From: Takakia lepidozioides
Taxonomy: Eukaryota; Plantae; Bryophyta
Direction of reading: 5' to 3'
Length of the DNA stretch: 64,000 nucleotides
NCBI GenBank assembly: GCA_030704615.1
Contig: CM060733.1
Coordinates: 46,066,001-46,130,000, forward strand
In this document: one piece after another, positions 13,335 through 24,800 of the stretch
How the letters are laid out: every line of letters begins with the position of its first letter
How positions within the stretch are numbered: the first letter of the stretch is position 1
Translations under genes and position numbers: made by a program
Notes under the pieces: model-generated
Databases searched by the model: none
What the model saw: only the letters and a program-made list of their open reading frames with translations
What the model was told of the DNA's origin: nothing

Positions 13335-15186
13335 GAAGTGGCTGACACCATAAGGGAAATGCAGAAGAATATTGATATCCCTATGGCAGATACTTCTGAC
13401 TCTGATAGAGAAGATGGAGAGGGTGAAGATGAAGTGAAGAAAGAAGCCGCACAAGTGCAGAGTAATGAAGGGACTTTGGCTGAAGTAATATGCCAGACTA
13501 AAGCTGAGATTACCATTGGACAATTATTGGCTATGGCACCTCATTGTAGGCACAGGCTGTATCAAGCAATTAATCAGATTGCTCATGTGACAGAGAACAC
13601 AGACCTGAACAGCAAGGTGACAAGCTATAATGTGAAGCCAGAAGGGCAAGAAACAGTCATGGACTTTGATGATTCTATGCCAGTAATCCAACTGAGAATT
13701 GGAAGCACAAACCTGACTGATGTACTGATAGATGGAGGCTCGGGAGTGAATATCATGACAAACCAATTAAGGCAGAAGCTTGGTATGGGTAGTATGAAAC
13801 CAGCTCCGTTTACAGTAACAATGGCAGATCAAATGAGTGTACAACCATTAGGCTTGATAAGATGAGTTAAGATACAGATCCAGAAGATGATTTTTAATAT
13901 CATAGTGACTGTGTTGAAAATGGATGATGTTATGGAAGCTTACTCCTTATTGATGGGTCGACCATGGCTGAAACAGGGCAGGGTATTCCATGACTGGAAT
14001 TCCCAGTTACTGACTGTGCATGATGGGAAGCACAAGATACAGGTCACCACTAAGAAATCTAGTAGGCTACCTGCTACCAGAAGACCTCGGGGAGTCAGAG
14101 AGTATGACTGGAGAGGAGGACTCGATGAGGAGTAGGAAGCTACCCTATTTGCTGCGCACCCAGAGTGGGAGCAGGTTGCAGAAATACAACTGGGGGGCCT
14201 GAGTTGTTTTAAAGGTATCTGTTGTGGTGCAGTAACATCAACACCAATTGAAGGGGAAACAAGTAGTTACCCACCACATTTCTATGAGGAAAGAGAGGGA
14301 GAAATGGAAATCCTAGAAGAACTAGCCACTGTGAGTTTACAGGATGAAGTAGTGGCTGGATGGACAATCACAGCTGAAGAGCAGGTGAGAGACGTGAATG
14401 TGGGAATTGAAGAGGAACCAAGAATGGTGAAAGTATGGGCTGACTTGGAGCCAGAATTCTTTGAGGAGGCTAAGAGCCTGTTTATCAAATACAAAGATGT
14501 ATTTGCATGGAGTTATGAGGATCTGAAAGGGATACCACCTGAGATTTTCCAGCATAAGATTGAACTGGAACCAGGGTCAGTGCCAATCAAACAGGCAAGG
14601 TACAAGATGAATCCCAACTATGCACAGAAGGTTGGGGAAGAGATCAAGAAGTTGGCTGAGGCTAAGTTCATATACCCAATAGAGTATACAACTTGGTTGT
14701 CATCCATTGTGATAGTCCCCAAGAAGAATGGTAAACTGAGAGTTTGTGTGAACTATAAGAAATTGAATGCTTGTACAAAGAAAGATCCCTTTCCTTTGCC
14801 ATTCACAGAAGTGATACTGGACACTGCGGCAGGCCATGAGATGTACTCATTCATGGATGGCTTCAGTGGATATAACCAAGTACAAGTGGCGGAAGAAGAC
14901 AAGGGAAAGACAGCTTTTATCACAGATTGGGGTGCATATGCATACAAAGTCATGCCCTTTGGACTTTGTAATGCACCAGCAACTTTTCAGAGAGTGATAA
15001 GTGAATCCTTCCATGAGTATCTGGATGATTTCATGCAGGTGTTCTTAGATGACTTCAGTGTGTACAGCTCTAAGAATGAGCATCTGCAGAAGTTGGAATT
15101 ATGTTCGGCCAGATGCAGGTTGAGAGGTCTTGGTCTGAATCCAGAGAAGCGTACTTACTGTGTGAATTCAGGGTACTTCTGGGACA
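13335..15186 (+). mobile_element. Ty3/gypsy copy A, left part (gag end, aspartic protease, RT N-half), 5'-truncated
   Basis: Protease LIDGGSGVNIM; RT KKNGKLRVC, MDGFSGYNQ, MPFGLCNAPATFQ, FLDD. Colinear with copy B (47380-49860, minus strand). Confidence 0.93.
15174..15186. repeat. Left target-site duplication of the giant LINE
   Basis: TACTTCTGGGACA versus TACTTATGGGACA at 30661-30673 (12/13 identical). Copy B has a single TACTTCTGGGATA at the homologous site (~47374-47386, minus). Confidence 0.88.
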
Positions 15187-15360
15187 GAGAGAGAAGACTC
15201 CGGCCGAGGCCAACATAACTAAGAGCCACCTCGCCTTGCGGCTACTGCCCCCTTTCGGGCGTGGGCCCTATAACAAAAAGTGTCCAGGGGGACACCAGGT
15301 GACCGCTAAGAATAGAGGGGGCGAGGGTACGCCTGGGTACCCAGGGGTATCCCGGGGGAC

Positions 15361-16030
15361 CTAAGGTGCGTTTGAAGTGCCGGATTCCAGTTGGTGTTTG
15401 CTGGTGATAATAGCTGTGAGTGAACGGAGTGCTGTGAGATGGATTTCTTTGAAACATTTGTGGATGGGAAGAATGGGAATTTGGAAGTTATCATGTATGT
15501 CCGTGATACTAGCGTTATGAATGCCACCTCGAGTGCCGGCTGTGATGACAGTTAACGGGCCGGTTTTCCAGCCACGCCTTCGGAGTGCAAGGATAAGCGG
15601 GGCATATTTTTGCCGTTTTTCTAAGATTGAATCATTTGGATAACGATCATGGCAAAATGTGAATTCAATGAAATGGATGGTGAGTTGTGGGGATGGTGAG
15701 GTGGGGGGTAAAGTGTTGATAGGTAGACCTTGGACGAGGAGTATGTCCAGGCAAAGTCGAGCGGGGCATGAGCATGGTGTTTGGGTACATATGCATGGTA
15801 GTAGCCACGATGGTACTGTGTGGTCGGGTGGCCGTCCCTGGTAGGTGCTTGCATTCATGAGCGAGAACCAACGGGTTTCAGCAAGTTTTATAAGGAGCTT
15901 GTGGAGGTGCCAGACTGCCTGGTTATGACGAGTGATATGTAAGTCATGTATAACTGGGTGTGTACATTGGCTGAGGAGATGTGGCCAAGTGTCACGAGCT
16001 TGGTGGGTGGTTGCACATAACGGACAGTAT
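15361..16030 (-). pseudogene. CCHC zinc knuckle plus restriction-like (PD-D/ExK) endonuclease of the giant LINE
   Basis: CPLC...DTWPHLLSQC...RHNQAV...RLCLDILL (RPD position)...FIEFTFC...EKRQKYAPL...ITAGTRGGI, the motif order of R2/Dualen RLE domains. Confidence 0.82.
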
Positions 16031-16389
16031 GGGGATGGGAACAGATGTGGCGAGAATATGTGTTTGCGCTGGTGGCCCATGTATTGGGCATATCGGAATT
16101 TGAGTGTTTGTCGGATTTGTGCGTCGGTGGTGGCTTTGGTTAGCCAGAAATGATTGGAGAGTTTATGGTGTAGTACATTGGATTGAGTCCATTTTTGGAT
16201 GTGTACTTTGGTATGGCTGATGGAGGTTGCCGTTTGTTTATTTGCTTCTCTGGTCAGAGTGGTCAGGAGGTTTCGGACTGGTCTGGGAGCAGGTGGGTCT
16301 GGAACGGGGTGTATGAACCAGAAAGGATGGGTGTGGGCGATGTGAATAGGGTCGTTCGAGGGTTCAACTATGGGTTGGGAGGCGCCAAG

Positions 16390-16770
16390 TTGGGCGAGTA
16401 GGTCTGCTTCTTCATTACCATGGATGCCAGTATGCGAACGGGCTTTGAGTATATGGACTGGGTGGCCTAGGGAGATGGCCCTCTGGACAATAGCGGCAAT
16501 GAGGTTGCGATCGGGGTGATGATGATGGGCAGAGGGGTTGGAGATGTGGTTACGAATGAGGAATAGTGAGGTAAGGCTGTCGGTGAAGATGTGGTGGGGG
16601 GGAGAAGGTGTCAAGTAGAGAGAGGACGTCATAAATGGCCATGAGTTCAGCCCGGAGGATGGTGGCAGGGCCAGGGAGCTTGAGGGCAACGCCTTCACTG
16701 GTGCCGACATGATAAATTACATACCCTGCGTTAGGTTTGGTGAGGGATCCGTCAGTGTAATGTGAATTGG
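16390..16770 (-). pseudogene. RNase H domain of the giant LINE
   Basis: HYTDGS...TILRAELMAI, frameshift, then IFTDSLTSL...KARSHTGIHGNEEADLLA. Confidence 0.9.
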
Positions 16771-17269
16771 CCAGTGGGTATTTGGGGATAGTGTTTTGTT
16801 GATATATAGGGATTGGGGGTAGAGGTGTTGTTGGTGTGACCTGGGAAGGGCGTGGTGTCGCAATGTTCCAAGCTTTGTTGGTTTTGATCCGGGACAATGT
16901 GGTGGGTGTATGGGTGTGGGAGAGGATGGTTGGATAATGGATGGTGGCATTTATTTTATGAGTGATGGTGAGCAATTGTTTGAGCCGAGAAAAGAAAGAT
17001 GGCGGTATGGCTGTATGCCGGGGGTTTTGGATGTGTAGAATCAGAGTTAGGGTGGGTTCCTTCCGTTTGAGATATTTGGGAAGAGGAGGGGTGTGAATAT
17101 ACTTAAGCTGGTTTGGGTCAATTGTGGCGAGTAGATTGACCCCTTCTGGGAGTTGTAAAAGAGGGTGAGAGATATTAGGAGTGTTTTGTTGTGTGAGGAT
17201 GAAGATTGTGGATGCAGTAGGAGAGGAGTGCGCAGCAAGTTTTGCCCATTGAAGAGCTTCGTGAGAAGG

Positions 17270-17480
17270 AGAACCAGGTGGAGGGTGGGCAAGGCCCCGG
17301 CCTTCCCAGGTGCGCTGAGTGGTAGTACCAGTGGCTCCAAAGATACAGTCTCTGTGGTGCGGGCTAGAAAATGTGGGCAATGCCATAGGGCATGTCAGTG
17401 GGTTGGAGTAATATGAGTGAGTAAGCTGGAATGTGTTGATAAGTAAGGAGAGAATATCTTGGGGTATAGTATGGTGCGCA
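17270..17480 (-). other. Adenine-methyltransferase-like (PCIF1/Dam-like) segment in the LINE polyprotein
   Basis: HTIPQDILSLLINTFQLTHSYYSNPLTCP..FSSPHHRDCIFGATG..WEGRGLAHPP resembles FASPLN..YCS..D..FGS.G..GS..ANPPF by eye. The NPP(Y/F) motif appears as HPPP. Confidence 0.45.
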
Positions 17481-17939
17481 CTTGTTGTTTCCAATTTAGT
17501 GAGGGACCGTGGTTTCTTGGGGGGAGCGTCTTTTAGGTAGCGATCAACCAGCCAATATAATTCGGTAGCAAAGTCTTGTTTCGGGGGTTGTAGTGACTAT
17601 GGGGATGAGGTAGTAGTAGAGTATTTCTCCCAGAGCCACGTTAGTCTTGTATTGGGGATGAGGCCAATGAAACGGCCATGTTGAGCGTAAATGTTGGAAA
17701 GGCGGGGGCCCATGTGGACTAGAGGTTGATCATGCTTGACATCTTTGTCAGGATTACATTCAGTTATGCAGATGTGCACGTTGGGGGCATAGAGTGGCTG
17801 GTGTATATATCTGTTATCTGTAGGTTGGGCGGGAGTGGTGTGTTGTTGGTGCATGTGTGTTAGATAGTTGGTGTTGGTTTGTTTATGGAAGGTGGTGAGG
17901 AGGGCAAGATTGTGTTCGGGGTCGCAATCGACATGTCGG

Positions 17940-18090
17940 CCGAAGAGGTCGTCTTCTATCTGCCATGTGTTGTCTGCGGAAGAGTACCCAGCCCATTGAC
18001 AGTGATAGTATGTATCAATGCAGGTGGCTCCAAAGGCATCAATGGACGTTTGGGTTTTAACTCCTAGTATAGCTTCAATGATATAAGCAT
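17940..18090 (-). other. Chromodomain in the LINE polyprotein
   Basis: YIIEAILG...YYHCQWAGYSSADNTWQIEDDL matches the chromo consensus YxVExI...YLVKWxGY...NTWEPxxNL. Confidence 0.8.
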
Positions 18091-18995
18091 TGTTATTGTC
18101 GTCGTATTGTGGTGAGGGTGGGGGGGATGGTGCGGTGGTTAGGGGGGTGTGGGATCCTTGCCTAGCACGTGAGGGATTGGATGGCGTATGCAAGTGGCGG
18201 ATAGGTTCAAGGTGTTGTGTGTTAGTTACTTGAGAGGGGAAATCAGATTCTATGTCTCTTTGGGTATTGGTGGCATATGCCGTTTGGAGTGTTTGGTAGA
18301 TGGAGGTAGTAGGGGTAGAACGGTACTGGGGGAGCAGGTCTTGAGCCGTATGCGGATAGTAGAGGCATGGGAGGTCACATTGTAGAGTGCAGGCGATCGA
18401 GGGATGGCAGAAGAGGGTACGAAGATGATGTAGGTAGCGATTGGTTTTGGTCGTGGCTCTGGAGAATTTAAGAGTGAATTCGCTAGGTTTTAAAAGTCTA
18501 TGGCCAGTGGCGGTAGTAAGTTGGGTGAGGGTGGTGATGTGTCGTTCTTTGAAATATGTGAGGAGGGGAACCTTTTGTTTGGGATAAGAAATGCCAAACT
18601 GTGGTAGAGAAGGGCTTGTAAACCATGCGCGTTCTAAGGGTGATGAGGCGTTAGGATAGTCAGGCAGATCAGTTTGTATGCTAATTTTCATTTGGCGCAG
18701 GATGAGTAGTGTGCGTGTAGTGGGGGAGTGTAGGCAGGTTTGTGGGTGCAGGGATGATAATGAGTATAGGCCATTGTATTTAGATGCAAGGTATTTGAGA
18801 AGTCCCTGATAAATGATACCTAGACGCCCAGGATCATTGAGTGCTTCTTTTAATTGGGTGCCTAATGTTCGAGCATATGAGATGATTAATGGGCTTGAAC
18901 CAATGCCGTAGTGGTCCGTAGGTAGTTGTGTGAGGGCATTGGGGGTGCTAGTTGGTAGACCACATACATGTTTTGTTAGCTGGATAATACTTTTA

Positions 18996-20855
18996 TCAAG
19001 TTTTTTGATGTCTGATAAGGAAAAAGGTGCGGTGTGGAACGAATATTGAATTTGTGTTTGTAGTACTGATTGAATGATTGATTGGTCGAATGGCAATTGG
19101 GGATTTAAGCAGGGCAATACTTTTGGTAGTGAGTTTGGATGATGTAGATTCTTTTTGGATATGCCAAGTAAGGGAGGGAACGAGTTGTATGCCTAAGTAA
19201 GTGTATGGCTTGTCTGGTCCTAGGAAGGGGAAGGGTGTGTTTTGGTAGTGTACATAGAGTTTACAATGTGAGGCTATGGCAGTTTTGGTGAGCCGACTAT
19301 GATGTGTGGCGGCTGTGATGACGCACTTGTGTAAGCTGAGTTCCATGCCTGACCATAGGTTGAATCTGAGTAGTTTATTAACTTGTCGGTTGAGGTGTTG
19401 TGGTTTATGTGCCAGGATGGCTAGGTCGTCTGCATATGCTGCAGCTGAGATATCACTTGAGGAGGTTTTGTAGTGATATCCAAGCTTGCCTTGAGCTAGC
19501 CATCGAAGTAGGGGTTCTAGGAAGATAATGAATAGGTAGGAGCTTAAGGTATCACCCTGGGTAGTTCCACGAAGGATGGGGATAGGCGGGGTGGAGCCAT
19601 AGTATGTGCCAAAGTATTCAGTAGTGCTGTTTGTGTAGATGTTTCCTATTAGTTGGACGACATCGGTGGGGTACCCAAGATCAAGCATGATAGCAAGTAA
19701 TCTGGCATGGTCTAGGAAGCCGAAGGCATTTTTAAAATCGATGTATAGAAGATAGATGTCTTGCTTTGTAAGTTTAGCATCTTCAAGTGCGGAGAGAACA
19801 TATTGTATTTGTCGTGTTGTGCTACGTATAGCTCGGAATCCTTCTTGGGGGTCACTGAGAATTTGGTGTTGCTCGCCATATCTTGATAGCATTGTGGTGA
19901 GCGTACTGGTGAATAGCTTATATATGGTGTTGGCCAGTGTTACAGGTCTGTAATTACTGAGATCTGTAGGATCGCCTTTTTTGAAAAGTAGAATGGTCCG
20001 GCTGTGTTTCCAAGAGTATGGGATTCGTTTTAGTTTGTAACAGAGTTGAAAAAATTTAAAAAGGAGGTAGTGAAGTTGGGGGTTTAATGCTTGAAGTATA
20101 GCATTGGGTATAAAATCGGGGCTCGGGGCTTTAGATTTTGATAGTTTTTTGAGACATGATTCGTAAAGATCAATTGTGAATAGGTCTATGATGCGATCCG
20201 TTGGGGATCCTCTATTGTCAATCGAGAAGCCATCTATATCATGCCACGAATAGTGTTTAGCTTTACACATGCAATTGGCAGAGTGGAGACGGGGATGTAA
20301 GCAGTTTGGAACTGTGGGTGTGTATGTTAAGGATGCTTGTGACCATATTTCTTGGTTGATGTCCGCCGGATTGGTTAGCAAGTGGCCGTGTATGTGTTTG
20401 AGACAGTCAATAGGTGGGTTGAGGGCAGGGTTAAAGATGACTTTGTGAGCTTTTTTGGGGTGGTCGCGTAGCAATTGGTTAAAAGAGGAGACGAATTTTT
20501 TGTGATTGTCGACGGCTTTTTGTTTGGTAATATTGTAAGCGGCTTTTTTGGCATCTCTGCCAACTTTGGAGAGAACAGTTGTCCATTTTGGAATATCTTG
20601 GGGATTGGCAGGTGGTGGCATTAGTGCTTGACACGTTGTTAAGGTATTTAGACAAGTAATACGTGGATCCGATGTCCAGTTGTTCCCCTGGTGAATGGGG
20701 GTAGTGGTGGGTATAATAGCGAGGGCACACCTGATCGTGTGGTATGTGTTAAGATATGATGTCCATATACGTTTTTTGAGTACGGGTAAGGTAGCCACCA
20801 TTTTGTTTTGAGCGTGCAGTTTGTGGGATTTCAGGGGGGGCAGAGCAGGTGGCAA
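18996..20855 (-). pseudogene. Non-LTR reverse transcriptase
   Basis: KAPSPD, LLFKKGDPTDLSNYRPVTL, QEGFR, YIDFKNAF, GTTQGDTLSSYLF, AYADDL, YTYLGI. Confidence 0.96.
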
Positions 20856-21109
20856 TCACACTTTTGGTCATTTCTTGCATTGAAGTCGTGAGTATGGTCT
20901 CGGCGTCGTTCCATGCTTTGTCAGGGGACTGGGCGAGGTTTGCTTCGGAGAGTATATCGGAGAGTCTTAGCATGAGGTGTAAGGATGTTGGCTGGAAGTG
21001 TTTTAGAAAGGCGATTATGTTATTGTGGGGAAGTGGGGATAAGATTCTAGATTGCGGCGGTGGAACATATATGGGTGGGATAGGTCGAAAGGGGATGATG
21101 GATGTTGGG

Positions 21110-21890
21110 ATGGTGACTGAGACGGGATAATGGTATGAGTTGCATAAACTATTAATATGTACATGGCTGTTGAGGTATGAGGGGATGTCATTTTGTGTCT
21201 TGAAGTAGAAACCATCAAGAAGACTGAGGGATGAGTAGTTAAGTTCACCTTGTCTAGAGTAATGGTGATCGGCCGGTATGTAACGGAGGTGGTGTGAGTG
21301 AGTGAATTTTGTCCATTCATGGTCAACGGGGGATGGAGGTTTGTGAACACCATTGTATGTGTGGCCTACGAGGGCAATGTCCCTGTTGGAAATCGCCTGC
21401 TAGGATGTAGTGCTGGGATTGGTTGGAGGGTTGTGTGAGTGTGTTAGAGATGGTGAATAGGATATCAGATCAAGGGGAGATCTTCGGCATGTGAGGGCAT
21501 GTACAAGTGGATAAGGATAATGGGAGGGATAGTTGGGAGGTGTAGCTTGATGATTTGAAGGTGTGATCGGAGGGAGAGAGCAACAGGTATTTTGACCGTG
21601 GTGCTAGGGGAGTGATGTGTGCGAAGGATACCAAAAGCCACTCCGCCCCGAGTGGGATGATATGGCGCGGACCGTCTAAGTAGGCATTTTGTGGCTGTGA
21701 AGGAACTGTCATATAGCAAATAGTAGGCTGGAAGGAGATTGTTGATGTAGGAGCTGTTAGGGCCATGTGTGTTGAGTTTAGTTTCTTGTAATAGAATGAT
21801 ATGCGGAGATGTAGAGTCCGTTAGATGGATAAGGCTTTGAATGTTGGTAGCAAGTGACCCTACATTCTAGGAGAGTATGTTGAGTGCGTG
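21110..21890 (-). pseudogene. AP-endonuclease (APE) domain of the giant LINE
   Basis: LNILS*NVGSL (TAG at the conserved W), IILLQETKL, GGVA, LYMP, ILAGDF, LLDGFY, SYHYPV (SDH box). Contains frameshifts. Confidence 0.88.
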
Positions 21891-24800
21891 TGCTTGCTGG
21901 GAGGAGGGGGTGTGTGGGGGACTGTTGGGTCTAGGGGGTGTTGGAGGTGGGTCATTGCTGTGGCTGGGCAAGCAAGGTGTGATGATTGGTGGCGGTATCA
22001 TGGGAAGGGGTTGATATCCAGGGATGCATGTCTTGGCGTGGAGGGTCGCAGTGAGAATATTTTTGGAAATGAATGGGAATTTGTTGGTGAGAGTCTCTAG
22101 CTCGAATATGGTAGCAGCTGGGTGCGCTAGGTGTTCGCCAAGAATCTTGTGAACTACTCCGGGCTTGGCTTGTAGTAGGTCAAGGGATTCGTGGAGATTG
22201 TGTAGGTAGTGTGGGGGTGCTAGGTATCTGTGAGGTAGTGTGGGTAGCTCATGCAGTTGTTGTAGTAGCAAACATATGTGTATATCTGGTTGGGTTCTAA
22301 AGTAATCATTGCATATTGAGGGGATTGGAGAGATGACAACGATTAGTGAGAGTAGTAGGTGTTGTGGGGGGTATGTGCTAAGTTTATGGGTGGCAGTGAC
22401 TAGGGATGGGTGTTCGCAGGTAGGGATCCCAAAGGTGGCAATTGGATGCGTGGGTTTATGGTTATTGGTAGGAGGGTTAGGGAGAAAGGGAGAGAAGTGA
22501 TCACTAAGGTGATGATATGCAGGCACGAGTGTGACAGTGTCTGTTTGGAAATATAATTTATATCTGTCTTTATGATCCTTTGGAAGCTTGTTGATGATTC
22601 TAGTGATGGTATAGGGGCCTGGGTTTGGATGAATGTCGCCGCAGCGAAGTAGTGTAAGCGTTTCAAAGGCAAGTAGATAGGACTTAAAGTGGGATGGTGG
22701 ATGGTGAGAGGAGTGTTTGGATGCAAGGGGTCTCTGGTGATATCGTCCATGTGGGCAGTGGGTTATAAGGTGGATTTTGAGGGGGTGAAGGGTGGGGGTG
22801 TGTGGGGGGTAGTTGTGGAGAAAGTGTATGAGGGGGGTAGAGTTGGTATTAGCATAGTGGGTACTAGTGGAGCTAGTTGCATGTGTGTGTGTGGGGGAAG
22901 GTATTGCGTGTGGATTAGTGTGTGGGTTCGTCTCGGGATCATGAAGGAGGTTCGTTGTACATGAGCTCTCATGATGGGGGTAAAAATTGAATATGGGTGT
23001 ATGGTGGGTAGAGAGTATATAATTAACTAGAGTGGGGGAAAGAGGATAAGTGGACGACATCCATGGATGAATAAGTTTGGGCAGTGGCACGGATGAAAAG
23101 TCCTGTAATTGGGTGAGGTGGCGGTTATGGGTAAAGGGGATGTGAAACCGGGTGGTATGTTTGGGGAGACACGGATGAAAGTAGTAATGAAGATTTTTGT
23201 AAGAGCCAATTGTTTCACGCACAGAGAGTCTATGGTACGGTGGGATTTGTGATAGGATGTAATTGATAGAAGATGGATGATATGCCTCCGAAAGGAGATG
23301 AGTACCATAGTGACGGTAATGGATTTTGTAAATGTCATTGTATGAGAACAGAGAGTGAAGATCACGGTGTAGAATTGTTTTGAATGAGAACAAAGAGTGA
23401 AGATCATGGTGTAGAATTGTTTTGAGTGAGAACAGAGGGTAAAGATCATGGTGTAGAATTGTTTGGAAATAGTATGGATAGCAATAGAGTGAGGTAGCAT
23501 TTTCCCGAGGTAACATTTTCCGAAGGTAGCATTTTCCCAAGGTAGCATTTTCCTGAGGTAGCCAGTAGCTCCGAATATCAAAAAGAGAGTGGTAGTGTAT
23601 TGAGTGGCAATCATTTGAGAAATAACATTTATGAGAATTGAGTAGGAGCATGGAGTAAAAATCATTGTGTACAATTGTGTGGGGAGAGTAACAAGTGTGT
23701 AAAATTGTTTGGAATCGAGAGAGCCAGTGTACCCAAGTAGCTTGGGGAGAGGAGACCAAGAGTGCTGAGTGGTCCACGCTTGGAAAATAGCCTGCTTGAG
23801 AGTTGTACTTTCCTCGAGTTAAATTCTCATGAATGCTCATTCTATGCAATTGTGCCTGCAGGAGGTTGGAACGCCACATGTGATTAGTGAGTAGTCCATA
23901 GCACAACAACTGCAAATCATGGAGGGAACTCATTGGATATGGATTCAGAGGACAGTTGACCAGAAAGAAAGAAGGGAGCGACCACAAAGATGATTTGAGG
24001 TGAGAGGGTTCCCTGTAAGTCAGAGGACGCTGGGGTAGCGGGAAATTCATTTGCTGTTTATGGGAGGACGCCAAGGTGATGGGGTAGGTAGGAGCGGCGC
24101 TGGGCAAAGCCTCCATACCACGTCCCTGCCATGCAAAACCTACAAGCATCGCATTCCACGACCCCCCATCTTGTTCAGCCAGGGTGTCAAACACGCCCTT
24201 TGCATCCTCGATGCACTCACATTTTGCAGACATGTCCACCAGGGCATTGTTCAAAATGACAGTTGGTACAATTCCAGCTTTGAAGATGTCGCCATGGACC
24301 TCTTTGCCCTTTTCCAGATCTGCCAATGCAATGTGCACAGTGACATTTGGTACAACTACAGCAATGCCTGCAGGCAGCGCATTCCACACCACCAAGTCTC
24401 GTTCAACCATAGTGTCAAACACTTCCTTTGCATCCTTGATGCGCCCATATTTTGCATACATGTCCACCAGGGTATTGTTCAAAGTGACAGCTGGTACAAT
24501 TCCAGCTCTGAAGATGTCGCCATGGACCTCGTTGCCCTTATCCAGATCTGCCGGGGCAGTGTGCAGAATGGCATTTGGTACAGATACATCAAAACATTTT
24601 GCATACATGTCCACCAGGATATTGTTCAGGATGATAGTTGGTACGGATCCAGCTCTGGAGATGTCGCCTTGGGCCTCTTTGCCCTTTTCCAGATGTGCCA
24701 GGGCAGTGTGCAGAATGACATTAGGTACAGCTACAACAGAACCTGCAAGCATCGCGTTCCATGACATCATATCTCGTTCAGCCATAGTGTCAAACACTCC

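Noticed and set aside
12720-13865. 381-aa ORF as a single gene
   Set aside because: Only the part after ~13335 aligns with gypsy B. The ORF reads by chance across a truncation junction.
15200-15275. Hammerhead ribozyme in the 3' UTR
   Set aside because: A three-way junction is possible, but the CUGAUGA core is absent on both strands.
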